From assembly GCF_000143415.4 (NCBI RefSeq), contig NW_003314262.1, positions 231,673 to 295,672 of the forward strand: a stretch of DNA of 64,000 nt, read 5' to 3'. The first letter of the stretch is position 1. Every line of letters starts with the position of its first letter. The notes under the pieces were generated by a model that saw only the letters and a list, made by a program, of their open reading frames with translations, was not told where the DNA came from and made no database searches. Made by a program: the position numbers and the translations under genes. Shown in pieces: positions 1 to 13,848 of the stretch. The DNA is from Selaginella moellendorffii (taxonomy: Eukaryota > Plantae > Lycopodiophyta).

Positions 1-43
1 CATATGAAATTTTTAAATGTGCCCTAATCTAAGATCGCTGGAT

Positions 44-1291
44 ATGGCGGCCAAGCACTACTCTATCGCAGTTTTGGGCTTGGGCTGTATCGGGTCGGCA
101 GCGTGTCGTCATCTCTCAATGTCTTCGCCGGATCCGAGCACCATAATCGGTATTGGCGAGGCCGAGAGCACTCCAGGTACTGGCTCCAATTGTAGTTTTC
201 CCACGGTTTTCTCGTCTCACTACGACCAGGGACGCATCACTCGAGTTGTGGATCCTGATGCCGTCTGGTCTCACCTCGCGGCCAAATCCATTTCCAACTA
301 TCCAGAAGTAGAGACCAAGAGCGGCATTTCTTTTCACGGACGCGTCGGGTTTCTCAGAGTCTCTCCATTTTACGGTGGTGCCGGGGATAGCCTCGCAAGA
401 TCACTTGAGGTTGGGCTCCAAAACGGTGCCGAGGCAGAGGTGGCGGACGATGCAAGCTCTCGGTTTCCTTACTTTGGATTTGGAGACGAGGATGTTGCGG
501 TGGTCGAGAACGGTGGTGCTGGCTACGTGAACCCGAGAGAGATGGTGAGAGCTCAGCTCGCCATCGCCAGAGAAAATGGGATCCGGCTCGTCCAGGAAAC
601 CGTGACGAGCATCGAGCGACTTGGAGAGGGTGGTGGTGTGAAGATCTCAACCAGACGAGGGACGAGTTTTCTAGCTGCCAGAGTCTTGATTTGCACTGGA
701 GCCTACACAAACTTTCTTCTGCCGAAAAGCTTGCAGCTCGTGGTGAAGATCAGAGCCGTGTCAGTGGTGCTAGCGGAGATCGATGGCGATGAAGTGAAGA
801 GGCTGGATGGAATGCCGTGCTTCATATGGCGGCTCAAGTCCAACCCGGTGCTTCATTCCGTGTATGGATGTCCTCCGATCCAGTATCCAGACGGGAGAAC
901 ATACCTCAAGATTGGAGGCACTACTTGGCAGCCCAAGATCGTCTCCACGGAGGAAGAGTTTCTCGAGTGGTTTCACGGCGCAGGCTGCAAAGTCGAGACG
1001 GATGCTCTGCTCGAGGTGCTGCTGCGGGAGCTTGTTCCGGGGCTGAGAGTGAAGAGCGTGAAGACGAAGCCGTGCGTCGTCTCCTACGCGGCCCGCAACT
1101 ATCCTTACATGGACAAGCTCTCGGACGAGGTGTTCCTCGCGGCTTTCGGCTGTGGAGCCTCGGCAAAGTCCTCTGACGAGATTGGAAAGATGGCGAGCTC
1201 GCTGGTGTGCAACGGCGAGTGGTCCTACGATCAGCTCGACTCGTCGCTCTTCCGAGCAGTGTTTGCGGTCGATGGCGAGTGCTCAACTTGA
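44..1291 (+). CDS. FAD-dependent oxidoreductase, monomeric sarcosine oxidase/DAO-like, intronless
   Basis: N-terminal GxGxxG (VLGLGCIGSA), SHYDQGRITR, GYVNP, CTGAY, KPCV (position of the flavinylated Cys in MSOX) and C-terminal GCGASAKSS. An in-frame ATG at 17 is an alternative start. Confidence 0.85.
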   Translation: MAAKHYSIAVLGLGCIGSAACRHLSMSSPDPSTIIGIGEAESTPGTGSNCSFPTVFSSHYDQGRITRVVDPDAVWSHLAAKSISNYPEVETKSGISFHGRVGFLRVSPFYGGAGDSLARSLEVGLQNGAEAEVADDASSRFPYFGFGDEDVAVVENGGAGYVNPREMVRAQLAIARENGIRLVQETVTSIERLGEGGGVKISTRRGTSFLAARVLICTGAYTNFLLPKSLQLVVKIRAVSVVLAEIDGDEVKRLDGMPCFIWRLKSNPVLHSVYGCPPIQYPDGRTYLKIGGTTWQPKIVSTEEEFLEWFHGAGCKVETDALLEVLLRELVPGLRVKSVKTKPCVVSYAARNYPYMDKLSDEVFLAAFGCGASAKSSDEIGKMASSLVCNGEWSYDQLDSSLFRAVFAVDGECST

Positions 1292-1982
1292 AGCTCTTAA
1301 AGGCCTGCTCTACAGGATCGGATATAAAGTGATCGAGCATTCTTTCTAGTCCAGGTGTTACTAGCGAGCGGGAGAATCTTTGTCCAGTGATCAAGTAAAG
1401 TGACAATATAACTCAGGTATGATAAACTCGGTCTCATTGCGAAAATTTGATTCCCTGGTATCGTTCGTGCAGTCATGACCATTCTAACTATATTTTACGC
1501 GAAAAAAATCGCGAGATGGATGCGTCGGTGGAGATTTACCATGCACGAATGTGGTCATCGCCGGGCCCCTTTAAAAAAATCACCACTCCGTTTGGTGGCC
1601 TTCACGAGCTCGAGAGAGACATTGCAAAGCTTTTATCGGCGAAGTCGTGCAACAGAGATGGTGGTATATGCGCATACATCTCGTGGAGATATGCTTGCTG
1701 GGAACTGGCAGGTGTCGGTTTCTCTGTGGACCGCCGACGCTCTGGGAACCGGCTATAGGAGTTTACTCGTCGATCCGCGGGCAAATCTATCAGTATAAAG
1801 CGACGCTCTCGAGTTTCTCACGGATAACATATCTATTTCTTCGTAAAGTTCTTCCAGAGTTCTTCTAAAGCTCTCTCGAAAGTTTCTCTGGTGAGTTGAA
1901 GCATTTCTTTTGCTTGATTTCTCTGATCTACAGTCGTGAACTTACATACATTCTTGTGGTAATTTCGCAGCGTTTCGCGACA

Positions 1983-2835
1983 ATGTCTTACACGGGAAGG
2001 AGGAGTAACTACGACGATTCCAACACCGAGGGCGTAGCCACAGGGGAGGACAACTATAGCGGCGGCTATGGAGGAGGAAGGAGCAAGAATTCTTCCAACT
2101 ACGACGACAATGAGGATGGATACAAGGCCAAATCTGACGACTACGGCAGTGGAGGTGGTGGTTATGGCGGCAGAAAGAAATCTGACGACTACGACAACGA
2201 AGGTGAAGGCTACGGGAGAAAATCCGATGACTACTCCAGTGGATATGGCAAGAAATCCGACGATTACAGCGGTGGAGGCTACGGGAAAACCTCCGACGAG
2301 TTCAGCACCGATTCGGAAAAAAAGAGCGATGAATTTGGAGGCTATGGAAAGAAGAGCGATGACATTGGAGGTTATGGAACGAAGAGCGACGACTACAGCT
2401 ATGGTGACCGAACGAAGAAACCAGAGGAGGAAGACTACACTCAAGGAGATGGCTATGGTGGGCGGAGTAAGAAACAAGAGGATGGCGATTACGATCGAAG
2501 CTCCGGATATGGTGTCCGAAAGGACAACGAGTCGATGGATGACAGTGACTACACAAGCTCGAAAATGCAGGAAGACGTGAAGGGGAGATTGGACGATGCC
2601 AAGGCGAGCCTTGGCAGTGTGGGAGGCATGGTAAGAACAAAAAAAAATTGAATTTTTTCTTCTTTTTCTGGATCAATGTTTGTTCTTTCAGTATGAAGCC
2701 GGAGCAAGGAACAAAACCGAGGCTGGATCTGGCGGGTATGCGATTTACGAGGACCGCGAGAAGGAGGAAAGCAAGGACGAAGAACTGGAGGATCAAGAAC
2801 AAGGAGACAAGAAGAAGAGGCACTTTTTTAATTAA
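1983..2835 (+). CDS. ASR (ABA/WDS-induced)-like hydrophilic protein with Gly/Tyr/Asp repeats; exons 1983-2630 and 2692-2835
   Basis: Repeats of GYGxKSDDY. Splicing the GT-AG intron 2631-2691 gives an in-frame C-terminus GSGGYAIYEDREKEESKDEELEDQEQGDKKKRHFFN*, which resembles the ASR tail (GxGG[FY]AFHEHHEKK...KKHHLF). Confidence 0.65.
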
Positions 2836-2884
2836 GAGATCAAGCACCGAAAGTGGCTCTTTTGCTTTCCAGAATCACCACCAC

Positions 2885-3582
2885 NNNNNNNNNNNNNNNN
2901 NNNNNNNNNNNNNNNNNNNNNNNNNNNNNNNNNNNNNNNNNNNNNNNNNNNNNNNNNNNNNNNNNNNNNNNNNNNNNNNNNNNNNNNNNNNNNNNNNNNN
3001 NNNNNNNNNNNNNNNNNNNNNNNNNNNNNNNNNNNNNNNNNNNNNNNNNNNNNNNNNNNNNNNNNNNNNNNNNNNNNNNNNNNNNNNNNNNNNNNNNNNN
3101 NNNNNNNNNNNNNNNNNNNNNNNNNNNNNNNNNNNNNNNNNNNNNNNNNNNNNNNNNNNNNNNNNNNNNNNNNNNNNNNNNNNNNNNNNNNNNNNNNNNN
3201 NNNNNNNNNNNNNNNNNNNNNNNNNNNNNNNNNNNNNNNNNNNNNNNNNNNNNNNNNNNNNNNNNNNNNNNNNNNNNNNNNNNNNNNNNNNNNNNNNNNN
3301 NNNNNNNNNNNNNNNNNNNNNNNNNNNNNNNNNNNNNNNNNNNNNNNNNNNNNNNNNNNNNNNNNNNNNNNNNNNNNNNNNNNNNNNNNNNNNNNNNNNN
3401 NNNNNNNNNNNNNNNNNNNNNNNNNNNNNNNNNNNNNNNNNNNNNNNNNNNNNNNNNNNNNNNNNNNNNNNNNNNNNNNNNNNNNNNNNNNNNNNNNNNN
3501 NNNNNNNNNNNNNNNNNNNNNNNNNNNNNNNNNNNNNNNNNNNNNNNNNNNNNNNNNNNNNNNNNNNNNNNNNNNNNNNNNN
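2885..3582. other. Assembly gap (N run); probably hides the first exon(s) of FBPase
   Basis: Run of N. Confidence 1.
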
Positions 3583-3638
3583 CGACAATTTCTTCCAGCG
3601 ATTGCAATCTGGGATCTTTTTCCTTTTTTTTGTTTCAG

Positions 3639-5073
3639 GCTGGATTGGCCAAGTTGATTGGCCTTGCAGGAGAGACCAATGTCCAGGTGAGTTGGAATTG
3701 CAAACTTCGATTCGATTGCAAGGTTTTCCGTACATTTTCCTGTACAGGGTGAAGAACAGAAGAAGCTGGATGTGTTGTCGAACGATGTTTTCGTCAAGGC
3801 GCTTAGCAGCAGTGGAAGAACTGTGAGTAAAAATCCATGCTTGCCTACTCTCTAAAGATTTGCTCAGAATGTTCTTGTGTCCGAGGAGCTGGAGGAGGCG
3901 ATCTTTGTGGAGGCATCTCACCGTGGCAAGTAAGTAGACTATAACTCAAACGTCGCTAATTCTTTTTTCGACTGATCTTAGATACTGTGTGGTCTTTGAT
4001 CCTCTGGATGGCTCGTCTAACATCGACTGTGGTGTTTCGATTGGAACTGTAAGCCCTTTCCACTAGATTGATCGTCAAAACCAGGTTTTGCTGCAGATTT
4101 TTGGGATTTTTCTACTGGATCATGACAACGCAGGCAGCAACGATGATGTTCTCAAGCCTGGCAGTGAAATGGTCGCGGCTGGGTATTGCATGTACGGTAG
4201 CTCATGCACGGTAAGAACTTCACAAACTTACAAAGTTTAATGCTTTGTTCTTCTCTTAGCTCGTGTTTTCTACTGGATCGGGCGTGAATGGGTTTACTCT
4301 AGATCCATCCCTGGGAGAATTTATATTGACACATCCTGACATTAAGGTAAGTTCGTATAAGATGATTCCTTTCATTATTACAATGGATGATTGTGAGATG
4401 CCCAAGATCGATGATTGCTTCTTTGCAGATACCAAAGAAGGGAAAAATTTATTCCGTGAATGAGGGCAATGCAAAGAACTGGGACGAGCCCACTAGATTG
4501 TAAGTTTGGTATTTTCTTTTCAAAAAGTAAGATTTTGGTGAATTATTTGATTTATGACAGATATGTGGAGAATGCAAAGTTCCCCAAAGATGACTCGTCA
4601 CCAAAGTCGCTCAGATACATTGGCAGGCAAGATTACTCCAAATTTTATATCGAATTCTCAGTTTTTAAGAATATTTTGTCAAACTTTGATTTTTAGTATG
4701 GTAGCTGATGTCCATCGCACACTTTTGTACGGTGGAATTTTCATGTACCCAGCTGACAAAAAGAGCCCCTTTGGAAAATTACGGTAAGAAAGAACTCTTT
4801 CCTGGAAATTTTTTTTTTCACTCACTCTTTTTTAACCAGAGTTCTCTATGAGGTGTTTCCAATGTCCTATCTAGTTGAGCAAGCCGGGGGTCAAGCTTTC
4901 ACAGGAAAAGAGCGGGTAAAAATTAGCTTTTTAACTCCCGCTTGTTCTAAAATCTATGTTTCTAGGCACTCGATCTAGTCCCCAAGCACCTCCACGAGAG
5001 GTCTCCAATTTTCTTGGGGAGCTACGACGACGTAGAGGAGATAAAAAAGCTGTACAGTGCAACCATCGCTTAA
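3639..5073 (+). CDS. FBP: Cytosolic fructose-1,6-bisphosphatase, 5'-partial, 11 visible exons
   Basis: Spliced exons give [69 protein letters not shown] and a final exon [19 protein letters not shown]...*. It lacks the plastid redox loop. Confidence 0.95.
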
Positions 5074-5133
5074 ACTATTGATTCAATCTCAAGCGAAGTG
5101 AAAACAATAAACCTGTGGTGGAAAAAATTCTCT

Positions 5134-6009
<876 letters not shown>

Positions 6010-6410
6010 GTTGTCCCGCTAAACCCTATAAAACCCAAGAACCCTAAAATTCCTTAGAGCGGTCCTAGGTTCGATTCCAACGCCCAGCAGGAAAAAGGAA
6101 ATACAATTTTTTTTTCCTTCGTTTTTCCCGTTACGCTGTGTTCTTCGTGGTCTATGGCGGCATTCTCGTCCAAGCGCGTTGGCTGCGTCAAGGAGGCATT
6201 GGCGATCCTCGGGAAAGCCATCGCGACCTCCTGCATTGCTCGCCGGAAGCGCGGCCATCGCTTTCAGGGAAATTCCATTAAGCATCTTTCGAGCGAGCTT
6301 AGGTTAAGACCGCGGCACTGTAGCAGCGCTAGAGATCCTCAATTCTAGGGAGATTCCATCGCCGGATGCAAGAGGACGTGCTCCAGTGCTAGGGACGATT
6401 TCTTTTTCTT

Positions 6411-6438
6411 CTCTCACTCTCTCTCTCTCTCTCTCTCT
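6411..6438 (+). repeat. (CT)n microsatellite in the 5' leader of the glycosyltransferase gene
   Basis: ctctcactctctctctctctctctct. Confidence 0.8.
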
Positions 6439-6823
6439 TTCTGGTCGCCCGCCTGCACGACGCAAGAGGGTCAGATCTAGATTCGTGCGCTCATTGCCGC
6501 TGGGACGCTGATATTCCCGCGGCCTTTCACTTTCGCGCGAGTGCTCCTCCCTTTCTTCCCTTTCTTTCGATCCAGATTCCAGGTGTGAGAGAGAGGGGCT
6601 AAAAATTGGGAGCTAAGGGTGGATCAGGGAGAGCGATGATCGTCGTTTTGCGCGGCTCTCTCGGATTGCTTTGTCAGCGGGAGAAAACGTCAAAGACACG
6701 GCTTTGGAACTTGTGAGAGCCGGCCGTCGTCAAATTTGACCCAGGAGCGCGACTGGGCCTCGCGAGATCTCTCAGCTCTGTGAGGTAAGCTTTTTCTTTC
6801 TCAGAGGAGGCCTAGCAGCAAAA

Positions 6824-8669
6824 ATGATACTCAGTGTTTGGGGAATTCCTCCAGGGTCTCAAGGAAGAAGGATGTTCTTCTCCAAGAAGAAGCACCGGAG
6901 CAGCATGAAGCCCGTGCTCTACGACGACGAGGAGTGTATCAGAGTCGTCAAAGGTACTAGCAACAGGATAGAGCAGCTCACAGGTGTTGGGAGCTTGCGG
7001 CTGGCAATCGTTCTATCGGCTATGGTGTTCATGTTCATGTACTTCATGTTCGTCTTCGGGGGCCCCGGGTGTGGAGTTCTCTACTCGTGCAAGCACAGCG
7101 ACGATGAGGCTTTCAGGCAGGCCGAGGAGCTCAACCGGGCCATCGAAGCCCAAGACGACTTAGAGCGGGACATGGTGAGATACTTGGACGACGATCTTCC
7201 GCCCATGCAGGAAGAACAGCAGCCTTTCCACAGCAGTATGGCGCCCTCGCACGAGCCGGAGAAAGGGTCTTCTCCGGCTCCCGGGTACGAGACGGGGCTG
7301 GCCAACATAGTTTTCGGGATCGCGGCGTCGGCCAAGCTGTGGGAGAAGAGGCAGGAGTACGTGAAGCTGTGGTGGCGGCCGGGGGAAATGCGGGGGTTTG
7401 TGTGGCTGGACAAGGCGGTGAGCAGCTGGTCCAAGGCGCTGCCGCCGATGAGGATCTCCGAAGACACGGCCAAGTTCAACTACACCAACAAGAAAGGCGG
7501 GCGGTCGGGGATCAGAATCTCTCGCGTCGTGTCCGAGACGTTCCGGCAGAACCTCACGGACGTGCACTGGTTCGTGATGGGAGACGATGACACGATGTTT
7601 GTTCCTGAGAACTTGGTGAGGATCTTGTCCAAGTACGACCACCGCAAGTTCTACTACATTGGCTCCCATTCCGAGAGCCACACTCAGAACATCCATTTCT
7701 CGTACAACATGGCTTACGGAGGTGGTGGCTTCGCGATAAGTTATCCTCTCGCCAAGGCTCTCGCCAAGGTCCAGGACCGATGCATTATGAAGTACCCCTA
7801 CCTTTACGGCAGCGACGATCGAATCCAGGCTTGTCTCTCCGAGCTCGGAGTTCCTCTCACCAAAGAACCGGGATTTCACCAGGTATGTGTTTGAAGTTCT
7901 TGCTTCTTTCTTTAGTTTCTTACGTTTTGTCTCTCTTCTCCTGGCAGTTCGACATATATGGGGATGCGTTTGGACTCCTCGCAGCACATCCAGTGACTCC
8001 GCTCGTCTCGATCCACCACCTCGACTTGATCGACCCCGTGTTCCCAAACACTACGCAGATTGAAGCGCTCAGGCACTTCAAGAGCTCGATGAGAGTGGAC
8101 CCAGGGGGTGTGCTCCAGCAGTCGATTTGCTACGACAAGTACAAGAGATGGTCCATCTCGGTGTCGTGGGGATATGCTGTCCAGGTCTACAGAGGGATAC
8201 TTCCTCCACGGTTGCTGGAGCTGCCAATGCGGACCTTCTTGAGCTGGTATAGAAGGATGGACGACATTGGCTTTCCTTTCAACACCCGGCCATTCTTGAA
8301 GAGTCCGTGCGAGCAGCCAACTATCTTTTACATGAAAGAAGTTGGCTATGGCGACGAAGCCGGGGAGACGATTAGCAGCTATAGTCGAGACCGTCGGCAG
8401 CGAGGAGGAGGAGAGTGCAAGTCGACGCTCCAGCACTCTCCAGGCTCTCTGGAGGAGATTATAGTGACGAAAGAACAGGCCGACGATTCTTGGCACTTGG
8501 TAAGTGCTGTTTCGTTTATTTTTCTACCATTTCTCCTTTGTAGTGTTGCTAACCTGTTTTGTTGTGAATGCAGGCCCCGAGAAGGCAATGCTGTAGAGTC
8601 GTGAAATCCACCAAGAAGATGATTGAAGTTAGCGTTGGAAACTGTGAAAGCGGGGAGACCATCATTTGA
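6824..8669 (+). CDS. DUF604/Fringe-like type II membrane glycosyltransferase; exons 6824-7882, 7948-8499, 8574-8669
   Basis: Hydrophobic anchor LAIVLSAMVFMFMYFMFVFGG, IVFGIAAS, WFVMGDDDT, MAYGGGGFAISYPLA, YGSDDRIQACLSELGVPLTKEPGFHQ|FDIYGD, and terminal APRRQCCRV. The start could instead be the ATG at 6872. Confidence 0.9.
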
Positions 8670-11600
8670 TTGTGAACGAAATTTTTGATCAGCGATGTAC
8701 ATAGAAAAACTATAACAAAATTATTTTGTGAGGAATAAAATCTTGGCCGGCAGCATAACTTAAAATCTTTGTCTTTTTCTCATTTGTATACTAAACATTG
8801 CTGGATGAGTACAAAAATCAATAATATATACAATTTTCTCTTTCTCTTTTTCTTCTCTCTTTCTCTCTATTAATATTATATAGCATAGATTATATATTTA
8901 GAATATTAATATATTCTTAATTTGGAAAAAGAATAATTACTGATTTGGAACACTAAGATTTTACAAAATTTAATACTTAACCCAGAAGACATAAAATAAA
9001 AATTTCTACGAATAATTTTTTATAGTTAATAGAATATGAATATATTTAGTACACTCCCAAACCAAAAAATTAAATCAAGAATTACTTAAAATTAATTTTA
9101 TTAATTAAATATTATATGTAAAGTATATTTTTTACTTGGGATACAAACAAATTTAGAATTAAAACTACTAGGAAGCATTATTTAATTATTATGTGTTTAC
9201 TTGGAATATGACTAAATATATAACATTAATATATTACTCAGACCTAAACAAAGTCTAACCTAGAAAAACAAATTGTTAGAAATAAATAAAAATAAATTAG
9301 TTTAATATTTATTTAATATAAATATTAGCAGAGAATTACTTTGCCATGTGCTTTACTTAGAATATAGAACAATAAAATTTGAAGAACACTAATACTACTA
9401 CCCAGACCCAGGTAAAACTAAAAAAATAATTGTTATTAATATATATTAGATACAAATTATAAATTTAAAACTTGATATTCCATAGTACTAATAAACCATG
9501 TTTGTAGTTAGTCAAAAGATTTATAAAGGTGTTTAATTTGCCAGACCTTGACTATCAATCTCATGTTTGAAATGTAAGTCTTGTGTCTAGAGAGAGGCAA
9601 TCTATATGGAATTGTTGTAATTACCAGATCAATACATCAGTATAAACAAAGAATTACGTTATCAATTGGTGAGGGGTGACTCTATCTATCAATTAAACAT
9701 ATACATAAAGAAGAAAAATGTATGATAAGGTAATTGGGATCTCAATTATATTAAGTGATTGGGGCAAGTTTAAGTGAAAATGAATTTTAATCATAGGAAA
9801 TGATATTCTTTCCCAATGGTTTTGCCACTTGAGCAACATCTACTACACAATCACCACCAAACTCAGCAGCCATGCTCTACAAAAACCCCAAGAGCTCTTG
9901 TTCTCATGCCCATACAATCCCTTATGTTAAGAGTTTTCCAAGAGCCAAAAAAATTGATAAGCAATGCAGGAGGGCCATAGACCCATAGCAAGCAACATTT
10001 TTTGTTGCCTGCTGTCCATGGCTTGTGCCTAGCAATTCTTTGCCCCAACACCCTGTCTCCCAGATCTGTGCCCATAAATTCAAATGGTAAACACTCACTA
10101 GAGAACTGAGTGCTAGTAGCAGACTGGATCAATCAATTTCCCACGACACTTAGGATGTTGGCACTCCACTTGGCACTTCACTACTCCAGAGTGCTGGCCA
10201 TAGCGTTCCACTACTAGTCCAGCCCTAGGGAAAGAAGTGAGAACTTTTGCAAAAAGGATCAATAAAATAGCATATGTATGAGCCAAATATGGCAAACTCA
10301 ACATGCCCATCCATAAACCCTGGAGCTCCTGGCCTCCATCTTGGGTGGCTGCTAACACCACAAACATCCTCATGCTTGAGCAGGATGGTGTTGGTCAGTG
10401 GCTGCCTCCTCTTTTGCTTCTCTATAGACCCTAGAGCTCCTAGGCCTACAAGCTCCTAGGCCTCCATCTTTGGTGCTGGGCAATATGCTTCCCCTGGAAA
10501 CTTTGTGGCTGAGAGGAGCTGTGGTAAAAGGAGAGTTTTATCCCTCCTAGGTCACACAAAGAAACAGGTATCACTCACACCTTCTCCCCACAGCCTGAGC
10601 TGTACTTCACACCTAAACTTTGAAAAGAGTTTTTGAAACTTACATCCAATTGTGCTAATTGGCCAGATCTAACGGCCTAAAAAGTTCAACAACTCCTCCT
10701 TGGCCAAGAAGGAGTCAATGTATAGGAGGAAGAAGGATTCACGCTCTACCTCCACTTCAAGTCATAAAGGATCCTATGGAGATAGCTTCTGGATAGATCT
10801 TTAAGAAGAGTACTATATTGAAGTGGTTCTCAGCTGGAAAGAGGACATGTTTGACAACTAAAGTGGAGCTAGACTTGTTGGAAGTGAAGTTGAAGTTTGG
10901 TGGAGAGTCCTGCAAGAGACTTTGAGGTTGCAATCTAGCATCAAGTTGATATAATGGATTCCAAATATAACTATGTGGCATATAGACAATATATTAAAAA
11001 TGAAAGCACATTATGGAATAGAAAATGAAAGTGCACAGTACTTTAATCAGCCTTGAATGCAATAACCTTTGGCAAGCTTTGATTGGCATTAGTGGAGAAT
11101 ACAAAGTGGCTTATTGGTGGCTTCTTTGTCTCTAAGAGTTTGATTGCACCGAGCATTTGAGCAGAAGTGAACATCTTTAGAAACTGGCTAGGAGTGAAGT
11201 CTATATAAGTGTCCTCCATGCAAACATCTTGGGGGTGGCCACTATTTGGATAGAATTTGCCATGGACCCACAAAGTTTGGAAAAATGTTCATTTGTTCTT
11301 GCAATGGTGGCACCAACTAATATCTCATGTTTGTTTTTCGATTCTAAGCTTTTTGCAAACATGGCAACTGCAATAAATAGAGATTTCTTGAGGGTTTTCA
11401 AGGATGAAGTGGCCATGCACCTATTAATAAAACATGCATTATGAGCTACGAAAAAAAGATTATGAAAGACATATATTGAACTTCTTTCTATATATGAATG
11501 AGACAAAGTGTAGTTACTTCTATAGATGGTCCCAAGGCATATTGTTAAGAATTTTTAAGACAATAGTGGAGGGTGCAATGTTGAACACATTTTTATCCTT

Positions 11601-12457
11601 AGCTGGAGACTATAGAAAATATAATTTGGCATCTCCCCAGCAAACCATGGCAATTTGAGCTTATGATAGACATGGTCCATATTGACTTACTTTTGAAGTT
11701 CACAAAAAAAATTTAATCAGAATATTATAAATACTTTATAAATGAACATGATGTTTGTAGTGTTATGCATTTGATCCACACCAATGATTGCCATAGCAAA
11801 AGTATAAGTAGAAGCATCATTTGCAAACTAACTCAGTGCAATAATGTCTGATGGCCTGACAAAGTCAAAGCACTAAAGGAGCCTTCTCTAGCTATGCTCG
11901 AACATGTGTGGCCATAGAAATATTAGTTGAAAAATGATAGAGTTGTAAATGATATTTCAAATTCTTAGCTCTAACCCTATAGTGTTGAATACATAGTAAG
12001 TTAAATGGCTTGAAAAGCCTTAATATTGATTTCACTGACAACTATAGCGTGTTGTGACAGCTTCGATAGTAGCCAATGATGTTGATGAAGATAGCCAACC
12101 TTGATGTCAATGCCATATTTGTTGAGTGGACCTTATGTTGGAAATCATAATTGCCATACCAAGAATATACATATATAAGAAGTGGCTCACCACCCAAATG
12201 AAATACTTATGAAATAATTGCTAAGTATTTGGTTTATATATATTTATAAACCATGATTTACAAAACCGTAACTATAAAGAAAAATTACACTTGTAGTAAT
12301 ATTCAATAAATGGATAAGAGACTTTATAAATATATAAGTATTTTAATTGATTAAAAAACCTACTTTCATTAAATTATCCACTTTACAACTGTTTGTAGAA
12401 AGCATTTGAATTTATAATAAATCCTTTCTTAAAAAATGAATGTTTCTTTTGGTATAA

Positions 12458-13396
12458 TTATAGACAATTTTTATTATTAAAAGAATTTGTTGCCCACCAA
12501 ACTTTATTTGGATATTTTGCTTCATAAGATACTAAATTGCAATCATTTTGTAAAGTAAGAGATGTTAGTTTTAAACAATTTGAACAATATTTCTTATTAG
12601 ACCATACTATTTTTTTATATTTATTATATAAAACTATATGACCATTAGTTTTAACTTTCAATACACATAAATCATAATATTCATCAATATTATCTGATCT
12701 CCATATTAATACAGTTCTAGAATATAGAGTAATTTTGCAATTACTCTCGACTAATAATATATTTTTTTGATTTGGAGAAATTATAAATTGACCTGTATAA
12801 AGGCTGTCATGTTTTGATCCAGCATTTAAAGTTGTTAATGTAATATCACAATTCTCATTAAAATTTTAATGAATATTTATTTTATGAAATAAAGATTGGC
12901 CATAGTATTTTCTTTGTTGTAAATTAGACCCAGGTGACCAAGATAAAACATTATAACCAATTTGATATTTTCTTGATGTAAAAGTGCATTCATCAGAACA
13001 TGCTTGAAGCATATCATCCCTGAATAAATTAAATAAATATTCAAATCCATATCTTAATGTTCTAGGTCGAATATTAGCTTTTGATGTTTCTCCCGTTGAA
13101 CATATAGGAGGATTACCATCCATACGCTTAAATTGTACAATTATTATTGCTCTACCAATATGAACTTCTATTGTATTTTCATAATTTGCTTTATATCCTT
13201 CATGATGTTTTGATAAATTTATACTAGTTATAAGCTCTTCAAATCCATCACTAATAATCATTCCTATTTCATCTTTGTTTAATGTATTATTTTTTCCCCA
13301 TTCACTATTTGAATTTTTTGGTGAATGCATTGTATACATATAAATCTTTAAGAAATTTAGAAGTATAAATAGATTAAATAAAATAATTTTATTCAT
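12458..13396 (-). pseudogene. Secreted protein: signal peptide, unknown Cys-containing domain and C-terminal bulb-type (GNA/B-) lectin domain, with one in-frame TAA
   Basis: One 939-nt frame with a single TAA at 12866-12868. Hydrophobic N-terminus MNKIILFNLFILLNFL. After the stop: LYTGQFIISPNQKNILLVESNCKITLY..WRS, LKVKTNGHIVLY..VWS and LTLQNDCNLVSY..WWAT (QxDxNxVxY). Confidence 0.75.
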
Positions 13397-13784
13397 AATT
13401 TTAAATATAATTATTAATTTCCTATGATATTAGAAATTAGGAGATCTTGGATTAGAATCTTTTAAGGTGTCACTTAAAAATAAAAAATAATATAATATTA
13501 TTGTTATATTTGATATTGACAAATGTTAATTTATCATCTTTAAAATATTACTATCTAATTTACCACTATTCTTAGAGTTTATTTAATTTAAAACTTATAC
13601 TGTTGTTATATTTATATAGTTAAATAATTGTTCTAACTTCTTAAATGTGCCAATTTAAATTACCTCTTTCGAAAAATTAAAAGAAGAATGTTTCTTGTAT
13701 ATTTTACTTCTTAATACATATGAATATATAACTTTTTTTTTTAAATTTTAATTTTCTAAATTGTAATTACAAAATGATTCAATA

Positions 13785-13789
<5 letters not shown>

Positions 13790-13848
<59 letters not shown>

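Noticed and set aside
1833-2477. Hydrophobic 214-aa antisense ORF
   Set aside because: Shadow of the repetitive ASR-like gene on the opposite strand.
2648-3921. ORFs spanning the N gap
   Set aside because: Artefacts of translating through Ns.
6785-6804. 20-nt GT..AG micro-intron in the glycosyltransferase leader
   Set aside because: Too short; the AG more plausibly pairs with the upstream donor near 6583.
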